A program made the position numbers and the translations under genes. 64,000 nt of DNA from positions 1,796,478 to 1,860,477 of the forward strand of contig BDGG01000001.1 of assembly GCA_001949185.1 (NCBI GenBank), written 5' to 3'. The notes beneath the pieces are model-generated. The model was not told where the DNA came from, made no database searches, and saw only the letters and a program-made list of their open reading frames with translations. This DNA is from Ramazzottius varieornatus (Eukaryota; Animalia; Tardigrada). Of this stretch, positions 38,830 through 53,070 are shown piece after piece; position 1 is the stretch's first letter, and each line of letters begins with the position of its first letter.

Positions 38830-39701
38830 CTATGCTGCAGTCTCAATGTTGACTCGCTCTGAAACGTAAATTCCATCCAAAAACTTTCGGATATCCTTGT
38901 TCTTGACAGTTGTCGATTGCTGTATTCTGGCAGCTGCAAAAACCAAACGAGAGTTGCGCCAACATTAGAAGGACGTCAGGAATCAGGACGAAGATGGCAG
39001 AAGGTGAGAAGGACAAATCAACACCACGTGAATCAATGGGAGAAATAACGTACCAGACTGCGAGACGAGTTCCAAGTCGATTCCGTCCAAAACCAGCTCG
39101 TCTTTGACGTCAGGCGAGTTCACACAAGTGACACCAGGTGCCATCCTAACACTTCGAATGATCTTCTCGCCCAAGAAGTTGCGGATCTCCACGACGGTGT
39201 TGTTTTGCGTAGTGGCACAGTTGATAGGAAAGTGAGCGTATACAGAGCGCATCTTGTAGCGATAACCCTGCAAAAATCCCAAAAGTTTTCTCACCCGACG
39301 TTCCTCACTCTTATCGACACGCAGACAGGTTTCCCACAATCAGTCCATTCCTACGACAGGTAAATCATACCAGAGTAACTCCTTTGATCATGTTTTCAAT
39401 GTGGCTGCAGACGGTACGGACAGCAGCCAGCTGTTTCCTCACTCCAAACCATTTCTCGACTCGAATCCTCTTCTTTCCAACCTTGTAAATATCCATCTGA
39501 ACATGGCTGAAGTCTCGGACAAGTGTTCCTTTCTTTCCCTTGACAGTCACTTTTCTCTTACTGACGGTGACATCAACTGCAAGCAGAAGAAAACAACCAA
39601 TGCAGAGCGGTATCTCACGCAGTTCATCGATTTTGCTCCTGTCTGTCCCACTTACCTCCTTCAGGAATGACAACATCTTGGTGAGCCTGGATAGCCTTCA
39701 T
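38830..39701 (-). CDS. RPL9: 60S ribosomal protein L9 (uL6), 4 exons
   Basis: [15 protein letters not shown]; [16 protein letters not shown]; [16 protein letters not shown]; [16 protein letters not shown]. Confidence 0.97.
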
Positions 39702-40114
39702 GATGGATATAATCCAGTCGGATAACTTGCCTAAACACGCCGGTGACTTCACCAGCACGGAGGAATACCGGAAGATGCTCTGATCGTGGAGAACGAGGAG
39801 AACTCCAAAATTTTATTTCCACGGTGTGCGACTCGGCATCAGAGTGAGTCGGTAGTCCGCCTCGTCGGCACGGCCCTTAACTGGATCGAGTCGAGACCTA
39901 GTGGTTCATACAGTGACTCGAAAGTCTCGAATCGTTGTCCTTAACTCGACTTTCGGGTGATTTGGTGACAGCCTTTCGGTTGATTGAATAGAGTGACGGA
40001 AACGAAAAGTTGTTCGCATTCCGGTCAACTCACGCACATCTTCTTCATTTGAATCCTTTCTTCCATGAATTTCTAAACGTGCTGAAAGACGAAACGTCTG
40101 TCGAGTAAGTGGGT

Positions 40115-40495
40115 ATGGCGATGAGGTACAAGCAGTATCTGCAAATGCTGCAGAAATGGCCTCTTGATCCGTCGAAACAGGGACGCGATCTGGGTAAGCA
40201 TCTCCGTGTTAAAGTCAGCGAAGCCTTCAAAATGGGGGACGCAACACGCATCGCTGATCCTGCCAAATGCGACGCTGACCTAGCAGCCTTGAACAGGATA
40301 GCGGATAACTACTACGGGAAGAAGTTCCATCGTGGACGGACGACGGGTGCCATGGGGTACAATGCGGACAAATGCTCGGCCATCGTTTCCACCCATATGC
40401 TCATCGCCATCAATGAAAAACAACCTGGCTGGTTTTCTCGATTACGCTCGCGAATGAAAGCTCTGGATACTCCTCCACCGCCGAAAATAAAATGA
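40115..40495 (+). CDS. UQCC2: Complex III assembly factor 2 (UQCC2/Mnf1)
   Basis: RYKQYLQMLQKWPLDPSKQGRDLGKHLR...LNRIADNYYGKKF. Confidence 0.85.
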   Translation: MAMRYKQYLQMLQKWPLDPSKQGRDLGKHLRVKVSEAFKMGDATRIADPAKCDADLAALNRIADNYYGKKFHRGRTTGAMGYNADKCSAIVSTHMLIAINEKQPGWFSRLRSRMKALDTPPPPKIK

Positions 40496-41009
40496 GGAGA
40501 AATGGCTCTCTCAGAGTGGTTTGCGGGTTTTTGATTTCTTACCCAGGTGTATTGTACAGAAAGCGAAATCTGTTGTTGTTGGAGGTTTTCGTGAGCAGTG
40601 GTGTATGACGTCAAATATCATTGTGAAGTTCAGCTTTAAACTGCCGCTAAGGCTAAGCCGGCGTGTCGGTAACGAAAAGCTGTGAGTCGATGTTTTTTAT
40701 TGCATTCTTCCCAAAAAGTACAATGTGAATTTTGGGGAGGTGTGACTTCTGAAGTTTGTACCTCTAAGAGTATTCCCTTTCTTTACGATATGCAAAGTAT
40801 AAAACACAATGCTAAAATTAGAACCGCAGCAAATGCAGGATGTAAATTTGAGAAAATCATGAGCTAGAAAAGAACTAAAAGATCGGACTGAAGTTCAAAC
40901 TTGTGTTTATACACGTAAACTACAATTTTTTACTACATAAGATACCGTACGGGTACATGAATTGCAGTTATTGCCCGAAAAACAGAAAAATGCATATCTG
41001 GAGCAATTT

Positions 41010-44000
41010 TCAGCGACTTTCGGACTGCGAGGAACTTGGCTCCGTTTGAGATTCACTCCTTTCGTCACTGTCTACAGCCTGCTCGTGAACGGGTTCCTCG
41101 CTGAGGGGGTGTTCCATTGCAGCAATACTTGCCTTGACGCTGTCCGGAACGGTCCATCTGCCGTTGATTTTCTGGCTCTTCAACTCGGAGGCAGCCTTGT
41201 AGATAGGGACGAGGTTTGAGGGAAGTATCTTCGATATGCTGACTTTGCCGTTCGCGTCAGGCTGCGGACGGTTCTCCACGTCGTATCCGAAGGTCTTACG
41301 GTGCCACTCTTTCTGTGCGCGAACGCGTTCGTCACATTGAGCCTTCTTTTCCATCACTTCCGAGGTCGCCGCTTCACACTAAGAATTTAAAGAGGAATTG
41401 TTTAGGATCTTACTCAATCTCCCATTTTCCAACGCAACACAGGAGCTGGACTTACAAACTCGCCCAGATTGTTTGCCCAAGTGGCGCACACTTCCAGCCA
41501 GAATCACCGAGAAGGTACGTCAATTGGGAAAATAATCTCGTCGAGTTCTTTCGCCGAGATCCCATATGGTTCCTTCAAATTCTTGTAAGTTTTGCACCAG
41601 TTTAGGATCGAAAGCCGAACCGCAAAACTTACTGCCATATTATGAGCCGCTAATATGGCAAAGTAATCTTCCTTCCATTTTTCTCGCTGAGCCTTCAACG
41701 CGGCAACTTCTTCCTCCTTCTTTGTCGTCGCTATCTGAAGCTTCTCGGTATTCAATCTGATTTTCTCCACTTCTTTCTCCATATCTCTGGTCTCTCTACA
41801 GACGCATCAATCCAATTGACTACCATCAAGAAGAAAACCGATAATTATGAGAAATGCGGAAGTTTACTTTTCGAGTTCTTTGATGCGCTGTTGCTGTCGT
41901 TTTTTCTCCTGGGCAACTTCATCGCGCATGTTGATCTTTTTCTCTTCCAGCTCCTTCAAGCTATCCATGGCGCGCTTGAAGTCCTTCTCCTTGGTGGACA
42001 AGTCATCACGGGAGCGCGCCAAATCGCTCTCGATGCTACGAAATTCTTTCTCAAGAGCCCTGTCACAAGATTGTCAATAAACGAAACATTTCCTCATGGT
42101 GTATCGTTTTTGATTAATCTGTAAGAAATGGCGCACTGCGATTCTGTTGACACAATGACTTTGATTGAAGCACACTGTTAGACTCTGTTATCGACCCTAA
42201 ATTTCCCGCCTAGAGAAACCATACAAGTTAGTACTTACAGAAGCTCCTTGTGGTCCTTCTTTTGTGCAGCAGCAAACATCTCCAGGGTATCTTCCATATC
42301 TTTGAGAAGACTCTGAGATTCCCATTGAGCTAAACCTTTATACTTCTACAAGATAATGCGGCGTCATGAAACATAACCAAACAGACAAATCTGAATCAAC
42401 GGAATTCCCAAATGAAAATGGGACGTCGGCAGAGGAAAGGACCGTTATATGAATTAGCGCACCCTCTCATTGTTTTCAGCTGAAAGTATGCGTCACTTGG
42501 CAAAACTAACCTGTTCATATCATTCGCCGACGTTCCAAATCGTCACAAAATGTCAAAATATGCCCAAAATAAGAAGACAGACGAATTTCAGAGAAAATGT
42601 CCTTACCTCGTAAGCTTTGTTTCGTTCGGCATCCTTCTGGGCTTTCTCCTCTTCGACCTCCTTCAGCTTCTTGATGATACTTTCCGGGTCGACGACAATC
42701 TGCTGCTGCATACTTTCCAGTTTGTTCTTGAGGACAACGGTATCGTTTCTACCGTTTATCTGGGATAAATATCGGCATGAAAAGCCTCACGGAATGCAGA
42801 AAGTGAAACGGTGAAGAAGACCAAGGACTTACCACTCGCTGTTCAAGCATTCGCCGTTTTTCCAGTGTCTTTTCCGCCGTGTCATGCATCACAGCCTGCA
42901 AAAGAAATAGATTAGTTTCCGGTTGAAATTGGTGTGACCGTTAAAAGTGAAAAAGAGCATCATTTGACATCTGATGTCTGCGAATTGAAAGTGACAGATA
43001 CGTACCACTTTGGCCGCCCACGCACGCTCTTCCTCTTCCTTCTGCGCTAATGTCTCCTTCAACTACAGGGAGAATTAGGCGACAATTCAAGGGCATTGCC
43101 TCACTTAATTCTGCTGTATTACCAGTGGGACCGAGGACCTCACTTACACGATCGATTTCTGGCTTCTCCCGCTCAACTTTTGTTGCATGATCTCGCTCCC
43201 GCATATCTAGCTCGGCTTCGCCCTCCCACAGAGTGGATTTGCGTTGGTCTAATGCTTTCTGTTGGCAATAGATGGTTGAACATACTTTGATCCCCATCCT
43301 GCTACGCTAATCTTGTTAGACAGATACAAAACGGAGACTTACCAGACCAGAGAAATAGTCTTGAAGAGTCTGCTCATACTGGCTGGTGGTACCAACGATA
43401 CCGATAAGCTGGGTCAGCAACATCCGGATCTTTGTCGCGTCTACAAACCCAAAATTTCCCATCAGTATTCACATCACCTGCCACTGGTGAAGCTCTCAAA
43501 CATTTAGCCCGGTGTGATAGCACTTACTTGGATTTTGAATGTCGGAGACGGTTATGTCAATGCCTTGAATTTCGAACAGGTCCAGAAAAACCTTTCTGTA
43601 ACGATAAGAGTTCTTCAAGTATTTGTATTCTGAAATTGGGAAATCTTAACACTCACATGCATGCAGCCAGGCCGGTAGTGGATCCAAACTTTAGGTGAAG
43701 ACGGATATCGGAGAAAACGTTCGATGCTTCCGTAAGGAGCTAAATGAAACGAAATCATCAACAAGATCAAATCCACGCATGACATCACAAACCTTGAGTG
43801 AGAAAACGTGTTCGACATCTTAACCGCAGTGAAACGGGTGACGTCATGCGGCGAGAACGATCAGACATTTGAAATAAATTTTTACCCTGTTGTACAACTC
43901 CTCAACGGACAAGCAGCTAGCGTTGCAGATCAGGGTAGGAACTACTCCGTTAGCCGAGAAGATACGACGAGAATCCTGCAAGAGGAGACAGTCAAAGAAG

Positions 44001-44301
44001 ACAGCTTGTTCTGTCCAAAGGAGGAGCGTTTTACCTGAGGTTTGTCCAGCTCCTGAATGCTCAGCTTTATGTCAGAATGCACTCCGCTTCCGGCCTCCAG
44101 CTCTCTTGCGATCGTTTCCAGCTCTTGGATTATCCGCATGTCGTCCTCTTTGCTGAATCTAATGCTCTTCTGATTCTGCAGAACCACGGTCGTTCGGCGG
44201 TCGTTGAAGCGTCCAGAGCTTGGTCCTGATGCACCTGATCCTGGACGAAAGTTGGTTGGCCGTCCGACGTTCTTCCCGCCAACCGTTGTACGCGAAGACA
44301 T
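41010..44301 (-). CDS. Long coiled-coil protein, tentatively Nuf2-like kinetochore subunit, many short exons
   Basis: N-terminal LSIQELDKPQ and DITVSDIQNP segments recall the Nuf2 CH domain; the rest is K/E-rich heptads. Early exon structure not fully resolved. Confidence 0.4.
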
Positions 44302-44735
44302 GCTGTCAGCTCAGGCCAGCTCCTTCAACGAAAACAACAGCAAGCGATTTGATTTTCAAAGGACGGATTTTTAGAGGATCAAAACAGATTCAAACTCAGT
44401 AAAGTCTAGTAAAGCGCAGATTTATAAAGTTTTCTTTCTTTTGAAGTTCTTAATCTTTGCTGCCAGGAAAGGGCGGAAGACGGCATCGGAGCGGACGAAC
44501 AGACTTCAAACTGATTGATTAGGTGGCCGCCTGGGTTATTATGCTGCACGCTCCGCTTCAACTCCTGCCCGCTTCCGTCGAAGATTCGACGACCACGAGT
44601 CTGCAGTCCCAAGGACCCTGATCGGACGCGCTGTGCCAAATTCTTGCTGTAGTTTCCCCGTAGAATCGTCGTCGGACCGTCGGTGCTTCGTGTGAAATCT
44701 CCTGCTTATCGTGGTGTCGTAAAAGGGCATTCTAC

Positions 44736-46174
44736 TTGGTCCGGTTGAAGAGGGGAACAGGCGTGGAGCATCTGCCGGTTAAGAATATCGCGGATTTCGT
44801 GCCATCCTCGACAAAGACCGTCTCCCATTTCAACGACCAGATCACGCTGAAAATCAACTGGACTATTCCTTACTTCTTCAACCTGAGAGCTCGTACAACT
44901 TATCTCGAATCGGATGTGATCGTGGTTGGCGTTTCTTCTTGGAAAGTTTGGTGTTATCCACTCTATGCGCGTGCACCGACAGATCAGAGCGAAGACACTG
45001 CAGAAGCGATGTCGACGGGCGTATTCCTGGTCAGGCCGAGCGAACCGGCCTTCTTAAGTCTGTCGAGATATCAATGGACGATCAGATTGTTCGAGCTTTC
45101 ACATATCGCAAACTCTGTACTGAAAACAAATGCGTAACTTGACCCGGGCAACAGAAATTTTTCACTCGCAACTGCAACGTAACGCAGTAGAAATGTGTGG
45201 CCTATAATCTTTTGCCTCCTTTGCTCGGCCTTCCCAGTGGTCAGAACCACTAGCTAGTACATAACTTCGGGAGACGCGACTGCAATCCGATGCCGGTCGA
45301 GACCAAGCTCCAAATCAGGTACGCAGAATATCATCAGCTAATTTACGCTTTGATTACGGTCCTGTAATGCTGGATGTATCGACGAATTTCCTTCTAGTGT
45401 GCTGAAGGACGACAGCGAAACGGATACACGAGTTTTTCTGGTCAAGGCAAGTAAGAAAGAATTTACATCTGTTGATCAGTCGTGGGGATTTCCCTCCCTC
45501 TCCAAGCATGCGCGTATTTGGGGACCAAATCCTACTCTTGTCCTTGAAGACGACGTTCTGAGACTTCTGGTTGAGATTAAGTATCTGCCAAGCAAGCTGG
45601 ATACTCGGGATCGGATGCCTCCAGGAGAACCGCTGCGAAAGAAGCTTCGCGGATTGATGGATACGGAAGTGGGGAAGGATTACACACTGCGGACGGGCAT
45701 CATAGAAAAGTTCATTGGGCAGTGATCAGCAATAGCTCCCCGTTCTTCAGCGCAGTGTTCCAGTTCGGTATGAAAGACAGCAAGGCGAGACGGCACGTTA
45801 TGGCTGACGTCTCAATCTCGACCCTGGATACGCTTATCCGCTGCATGTACTACCAGTGCACGGATAAGCTGAAGGAGAGTGCAAAAGACGTCCTCGTGGC
45901 AGCAAGTATCTGCTGAAAGATCTGAAGGAAACCTGCGAGCACATATTGGCTGAGGGAATCACGAACGAAACTGCTATCGACCTACTCATACTGGCCGAGA
46001 AGGTCTCCGCTCCCATCCTGAAGGACGCTGCTCTTCGTTATGCCGGAAAGAACCTTCGAGCTTTGCACAGTGCTGGTGAGAGAAGAAGCGTATAATAGCG
46101 GATGATAGTAATAAGATGGATGGCTATCTAACAGAGGAAATCTTTGCCGCGGTCGCCCGATGGGGAACCAAGTA
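44736..46174 (+). pseudogene. MATH-BTB (SPOP/roadkill-like) gene with frameshifts
   Basis: MATH (INWTIPYF, WKVWCYP, QSWGFPS). BTB is split across frames at ~45705 (GIIE / KVHWAVISNSSPFF) and ~45903 (VLVAA / KYLLKDLKETCE). Start not located. Confidence 0.75.
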
Positions 46175-46618
46175 GATCTTACTAGATTATTTTCGTAACT
46201 GAAATCTTTACGATTGATGTCTTCTTTTCCGTTTTATTGGCTTTACTTCTTCTTGGCCTCCAAGAATGTTACCGTAATCTAATATCACTTTGCCTTTACT
46301 AGAAGCGAGATTGTCGCTCTCACATATTTTCACTGAAGCCTTAGAATCTCGGCTGCAAAGAGAACGTTTTCCCCTGTGTCGTCTACCAATAGAACCTTAT
46401 GTTTTTACACTGACTTCCATACGAAATCTAGGTAGAAATTTCGGGCGATTCGAGCAATAACATTTACAACGGTACATCGAAACGCAAACCGGACTAGAAG
46501 TGTGTGGGATAGTACGAAGAAAAATACGTTTGCAGATACACATACAAAACTCTATCAAGGATATGAAATACGGACTCAAACTTGGCTTTCACACCGAAAG
46601 AACCTGAATAAAAAAAGT

Positions 46619-49600
46619 TCACAGTTCCCCTTTATTGATCTCCACTCGTTTATGCACCGAGTAAGCTTCACCATCTCCGCTCGTCGACGACGGATTTCGC
46701 TTCACCCAGCCAGACACCCGTCGAGACATCTTTCGCTCTTCGATCTCCTTCCGGGTTTCTTTGGCTCGCTGGAAACATTCCGAAACTCAATTTTCATCAA
46801 ACCACGATGATAACAGCGAAAAATAAGGCAGACTTACGCCCTCTTTCAGTGCCCGTTTCATGTCATACTCGTTCTTGGCCATGGCGATTGAAATTTCACG
46901 GGGGATGGTCGGGATGATGCTGGACATTCCCAGCTTGACGCAAATCAGAACGTGCTACAAAAAGAAAGCTCCCATAAAAATATTGACATTAATCATGTTG
47001 CGTGAGGAAAGCATACCTCAACGACGACGAAAGCGATGAGGAGTTCCACGGTGGTCCAAGTCGGAAAGTAGGACTTGGTAGTCGGGCCCAAGAAGATCAA
47101 TGCCAGGTTGGTGATAACCGCTGCGAAGCCCATCAGCTCGAACGCAACCTGCCAAGGTCCGATGTCCGAAGCTGGACGAGCGAAGGGACGCTGCATGATG
47201 TTGCACAGTTTGAAGCCATCACCTCTGACTTCGACCAAGTTGTTGATCAGGGCAAAGAGTGGGGCGATCGGGAAGACAGACGAAAACAGGAAGCAGAAGC
47301 CAAACTAGAAAACAAGAAAGAAAAACCTTGAGCCAAATTTTCGATCCCATTCCGCTTGGAAAGGAGAGACGGAGAAAAGAGCAGCCGAGACAAGAGACGA
47401 GGACTATCGCTTACTTGCAAGAAGAGTTCCAGATAGTCGTCGAAGGTTCCCTGGAAAGGAAAGAGACGATATTGAACTTATTCGGTAACTCGGCAAACCA
47501 GCCGGACAAGGCATTTTCCGTAGTAGCGCACGCTTTCAGTATTATTGGATGAAAGATAGCGCCACTGGGAAAACGATCGTTTCAAGTTTGTTTGCCAGCT
47601 CCCTTTTATCATTATAAGTAAGAGATTAAACCACACATCAGACAAGTCTTGTTTGGTGACTGAGAGTGAAGAGATACACAAAACGGATTTTTCTGTGCGG
47701 AGACTGACCAAGTAGGGTGGCTGATGGCCTTCCACGATAGCTTGATCGCGAAGGAATTCGAAGTTGGGGTCCTCGTTTTCACCGCGTGCGTCGCGCTTCT
47801 TGGCTTCTTTACGAAGGTCTTTCCGGAGTCGCCACTTGTCGTAACGCACCTTGATGAAGGGTACGATGGTCTCCGGGACCTGATCGATGATCTGGTTGGT
47901 GATGAGCTGAGCGGCGAGGTGACTGCGGAGAAGATCTAGGTCTTGCAGCCAGAAGGCGATGTAGAAGAGCGAGGCGAAGGAGTTGATGAAGTTGAAGAGA
48001 AGCAGCTTCCAGATCAGGTTGAACTCGTACTCACTTTCTAAACGATGGTTCTCCTTGTCGGTCAACCATGTCGCGACATACCTGAGAAAGACGAGAAGAA
48101 ATTAACTGAGGAATCATGTTAAGTTCACCCAGCTTGTTCCCAAGTGGCACACGGCCTCAGCCAAAAACAATGAACACGTGCGCCATCTAAAATGATGATT
48201 TGGGTGAAGTGTTCACCGACGTCCTAACTAACAATTAAATCGTATAAAAACAGTCAGAAGGCAGATCAAAAATTTTTCCAACTGGATCGAAAGAAGATCA
48301 AAAGCAAATCATAAGCTGCCCACCTAAAATTATAAGACAAAAACATAGGGGGAAAGGTTAATGTCTTTCCGTACGTACTTGTAAACGGCCCGGAAGACAT
48401 TGATGGAAGTCGTGTAGATGCCACTCGGAACAAATTTATAGAAGAATAACCAGGCGGTGGGATGGATCGCGTACTCGTGGTTCAAACGAAGCTGCGTGTT
48501 CAAGTAGGTATTCAAAATGTAAACAGTCATCAGCAAGCAGAGGGAAACGATGGGAGTTGACACGAAGGCGATCCACAAGTATCGGTTCATGTTGGGGTAG
48601 GTCGGCTCTGGCATCCCGGTAATTTCATTCCTGCCCATTTGACCTGTAGATAAATACCGAATGAGGATTTTTAGCATGGTTTAGGAGATCAGAACTTAAG
48701 TCAACTCACCTTTGTACTGCGCTCGAGGGATTTCCAGTTCCTCGCTGGACTTGTGCAGCATGCCGTAGTTGTACGCCAAACGGTTACAGTGACGTTTCCA
48801 TCGTTCCAGGAAAAACGTACCCCAGAGGAGGTTGAAGACGGCAAAAGCGGCTACAGCTTGTAGAGAAGCAGTGCTGATGAACTGGACGAAGAACATGAGG
48901 ATACCGAGCAAGGTAGCGGGGACCAGCATTTCCGTGTAGTAACCCAGAAAGGCGAAGTAGACGGCGATGTGCTCTCCAAAGTAATCTCGAATATGACCTA
49001 CGAGGCCAGTACAGATATTTACGGTACTCAAAATGTACTACGAAATTTTCTAAAGGTGGAGAGGCAAAGAAGGACCTAGGGGTTGTTTCTTCAACAGGGA
49101 CACTTTTAGCCACTCAGCTCCTAACACCTTCAAGTCTTCCTTGTTGTGCAGCGAGTAGATCTGGTTGATCAACTCCTTTCGCTGGACTTTCGTAACTGAA
49201 AAAGAAACGTAGTTAGCTCTGACAGATGAGACTGAAAGGAGGGGAAGTGTTTACAGATGCTCTGTCCCAACGTGAAGCGAAGCTTGTTGATATGCCAGAA
49301 ACGCTCCAGCTCGTGCTCTTGAGCTCGCAGTTCGAACACCTCGAAGAACACCATTCGAGCTTTCTCCGCATATGTGAAGAGCTGGTCATAGGGATGGTCT
49401 GGAACAATGGAACGAATTTAGATTGGAAGAAACACTCACTTTCTGCATAGATAATATAGTTTCTTGAACACTGATACGTCCTTGTTGACGTAGGTCCCAA
49501 CAGACGTACCCGTGCATGACATCACGAGAAGCCGTCGTAATGTTCACGTATTTCAACAAACGAGCAGTTAGAGCCATGACGTCACGGGCGACTAATACAC

Positions 49601-50033
49601 CTAACAGCTGATACTGATTATCAATTGGCTTTGTTTCTGCTCACCGTCATTCACGAATTTCGGCAAGGTCTTGACGGTGAACTCCTTCAGAGCGTGGTTA
49701 TCCGTAAGATCCGGTTTCATCATCTCCAGCCATTCTGCAGTCTCCATGAGGCGGTAGAAGGGAGCGGAAATATGCAGATAGCGACACTGCAAGGAAAAAC
49801 AAAGGTTTAGAAATCCAACAGCACAAGGAACACCTTGCTTGACACGCTACCTGGTTAGTATCAACATCTCTGACGGTCTTGACATGCAGTTCCGCACCTC
49901 CAGCAGATTTTGGTGATGTAATGCGATGAACCATCCAGTGGATCAGATCTTCGTGGCATCTCGTGGACAGCTCAATCACGCAGTGAGTTTCAAAGGGCTC
50001 GCTCCCTTGATCCTCCGTATCGCTTCCAGCCAT
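46619..50033 (-). CDS. ANO10: Anoctamin-10-like (TMEM16K) scramblase, multi-exon
   Basis: IRDYFGEHIAVYFAFLGYYT; TFFLERWKR; TDKENHRLESEYE; FNFINSFASLFYIAF; VEVRGDGFKLC...RPF...DIGPWQ. Confidence 0.85.
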
Positions 50034-50280
50034 GCCTCGTCGGTGGTTCTCATACGTCCTAGTCCCGGGGCTGTTGGGTAAGTAAGGCTGGGAAATTCTC
50101 CAGGCTAACACCACGACCGGAAGAGGTTCCGGACTTCCAGATAAGGAATTTTCTCGAGGGGAAATTCCAAACTGAAATACTGAATTAATTTTTAATTCTA
50201 GTATGCATGTGCAGGTCGAGAAGTCAGCTGCACGGTCAGCATGCGCACTGCGCACAGGATTCGAATAGGCTTGTGGTTCA

Positions 50281-50292
50281 TGCGCATGCGCA
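50281..50292. promoter_or_regulatory. Perfect NRF1/EWG-type palindrome TGCGCATGCGCA in a divergent promoter
   Basis: Exact match between the anoctamin and dsRBD gene starts; related ATGCGCACTGCGCA at 50241-50254. Confidence 0.45.
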
Positions 50293-50433
50293 CGTTGAGG
50301 TCGGCCCGTTGATTGTTGATTTGTTTACATCATTAAAGTTTTATTAACTTTCGCAGATTTTGCAGTTTTGCTCCAGCCTCCAGCTGGATTCCAGATCTGC
50401 AGAGGATTTTTCTTCCGTTTCTTATTCTTCCAG

Positions 50434-51991
50434 ATGTCTGAGGTGCCATTGACGACGGAAGCCGATGTGGTCTGTATCCAGCACGGGAAACGCTCAAGAC
50501 GGGAAGACGTGAAGCCTGTGGGCGACGGGAGCATTGCTGCGGACAGTCGTGGCTGCCAGAAATGTCGTGATGGACTCTATCAAACGGCCTTACTACAAAA
50601 CCATCCATCCCAACCCTATCGGTCTGCTGTACGAGAGATGCAAAGATATGGGAGCCCAAAGACCTCGTGACCGTTCTCGGTTCAGCGGCATCGAGGGGAG
50701 CACATCGTTGAAATCACCGCGCTGTCCATAACAAAGTCTGGATCTGCCACGAGGAAACAGGATGCGAAAGCAATCGCTGCCTTTAAGGTCTTAGTCGAGC
50801 TCGGCCACCTCGTCGTCCCAGAGGGAAGTGAGCTGAGTGATCAGAAAGAAACATAACCTCCCAAGAGGCTAACAGGTGAAAGTTGATATCTTCCGCATGC
50901 CTGTTATCTCCCTTCGAGAAATTTCGCAATGAATCTTGGTGTTTATCACCCTATTGACCATTCTCTTGTTTTTTTTTACAGTAGTTCCTTCCTTGAGTTC
51001 ACCAGTGCTACTGCGCCGGAGCTCAACAAGAACAATCCGATTCTGAGCGTCAACTGGATACTCTGGAACGCAAGCAAAGATTTGGCCGAGGTGAATAATC
51101 GTTGATTTCACTTTGTCTCGAAGTTGTCTAGATGGTTCGATGGTTCTGTAGGTTTCCTACGAATCTATCGTAGAGGGCAAGACGAATGGCTGGATGGCCA
51201 CATGTAGGACCAGCAACGAGAAGTCTGAAACATCGTACAGCAGCACGAAACGGGCGACGGAAGTGGCGGCCGTGGAAGGGATGTACCATGCTCTCCTGGC
51301 TGATCCCGACATCCGCGATAAAGTGAGAGTATTCCAAGCTTCAACGGCAGCTACTAGACCGCGGTCAGAAACTTTCTGCGAGGTTCAGTTCAGTTTGGTT
51401 CCGATTTATTTTAGGAAGCGACGACACTTCTCCCGACAAAAACGTCGAAAGATTACCCGTCGGACTGGTCCAAGATGCGTCATCCCATGTTTCTTTCTGG
51501 TGGTGGGAAGTGTGACGAGTCACTAGATGGCGAAGCTCGAGAGACCGACACGGATATGTTGAATGAAATAAAGGGTCCAACTGCCCGGCTGAATCATTTG
51601 GCGGAAACGAATGGTTTTACACTTAACTTCGCGGAATGGTCTCCATCGAAATTCCTTCAACTACAAGGATGTTTTACGGATACTTCCCTAAGTATGTGGA
51701 GATAATAGCTCACTTTCAGCTGACAGTTTGCTCGTAGAGTACCTTCGCTCCTGTATGAACTTACGAGCGTTCTTCCAGACGGACATGAGAAGGGGGAAGT
51801 CAGCCAGGATAAGAGTACGCATTCCGTGTAATGCTTTCCCTCTCTCGTTCAGCGAGTTTGAGAAGCAGCCCCTTATCTTCGCGGGACATGGCCGCACGAT
51901 CGAGATCGCAGAGGAAAGCGCAGTGCGGAACGCTTTGCGGTATTTCAACATTATGAAACGAGCAAAGTTCGGTGAAAATAACGACTTCTAG
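50434..51991 (+). pseudogene. TRBP/PACT/Loquacious-like three-dsRBD gene with frameshifts
   Basis: dsRBD1 NPIGLLYERC...KSGSATRKQDAKAIAAFKVL is split between frames. dsRBD2 NPILSVN...STKRATEVAAVEGM. C-terminal FAGHGRTIEIAEESAVRNALRYFNIM matches the third domain of this family. Confidence 0.7.
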
Positions 51992-53070
51992 ACTTGTCGA
52001 ATTTGATAGTTGGTTCGAAGCAAGCAAAGTTTCATCTTGTTCCTTTACGTGTTGAGTGTCTTTCTATTCCTTCACGTGGTACACACCCTGTCCCATCCAA
52101 CTTGCTACCGCTCATTTTATGGAGTTGGTTTCGACTCGATTATTGTACAACGTCTAAACTAGTTTTCCTTGGCTCAACATCCTATTTTGCATCTCACGAA
52201 AAATTACTGGCCGGAAATCCGTTCACGGAAAGTGTAAATCGACATAGAACTAGAAAAGGTGCGAGGCGAAAAACACAACTTCTGCAGTTTTTGGGACCGT
52301 TTTCGAAAATTATTTCTGCAGTGTCTTACTGAGCACCTGCAGAGTTTTTGTTGAAAATTATTAGAACCGAGTCTGAGCCACATACAGGAGAACCTTAAAC
52401 GTGAATCTGCCGTCCTGAATGAGAGCCAAAAATTTCGCCGTAAAACGGTTTTCCCGGCAAAATGGCCAAACTCACTAGTTTTAATTCATTCGCCGAGCTA
52501 GTTCGATATTCCTATGGTCTTTGTTGTTTTGGAATGACAACTCAGATTCTTGTGGGCCTAACAACATTAGACTGGTGATCGCAACTCACCTACAGAATTC
52601 TGAAGACAGCATTTCAGTCGCGGCGACATGTCTTCTCCACCGGAAGTCGTATCAATGGACTGTTCAAAGCTGTTTCTTGCCGTAACCTAGTGAGTCATGG
52701 CTCACTCGACAGAGCACAGAAGTTGTTGGAGCACTGTGGTGGAAGAAGCGGAAAACCAGCAACTTGAATTTTTTGGCGTGGAAGTTCGAGGTGGTAGCAA
52801 GTTGGCTGGGACAGGGTGTAGTACATACGACCTTTCTTATTTCTTAGTGAATTTTCTCAAGAAGTTTTCCAGAACCTTTCTGCTTCCAGTTCCAGCCAAC
52901 TTTTCGGCAAGTTAATTTTGAAATTCTTCTGTAGTTAAACGATTACGTCCGAAAAGAAATGACTATCGTCTTTTGTTTCTTTACATTATTTATAGCTGCC
53001 TTCTCGCCTGTATGATTGTTTGAAGTTTGGTCCAGTCTGCGCACCGGAGAAACGGGGCAAAGACTCCGTG

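Noticed and set aside
38930-39660. snoRNAs in RPL9 introns
   Set aside because: The introns are short and I saw no convincing C/D or H/ACA box arrangement.
41010-43300. Coiled-coil exons as a tardigrade CAHS or LEA protein
   Set aside because: No CAHS or LEA repeat motif recognised; the gene is longer and has a globular-looking N-terminus.
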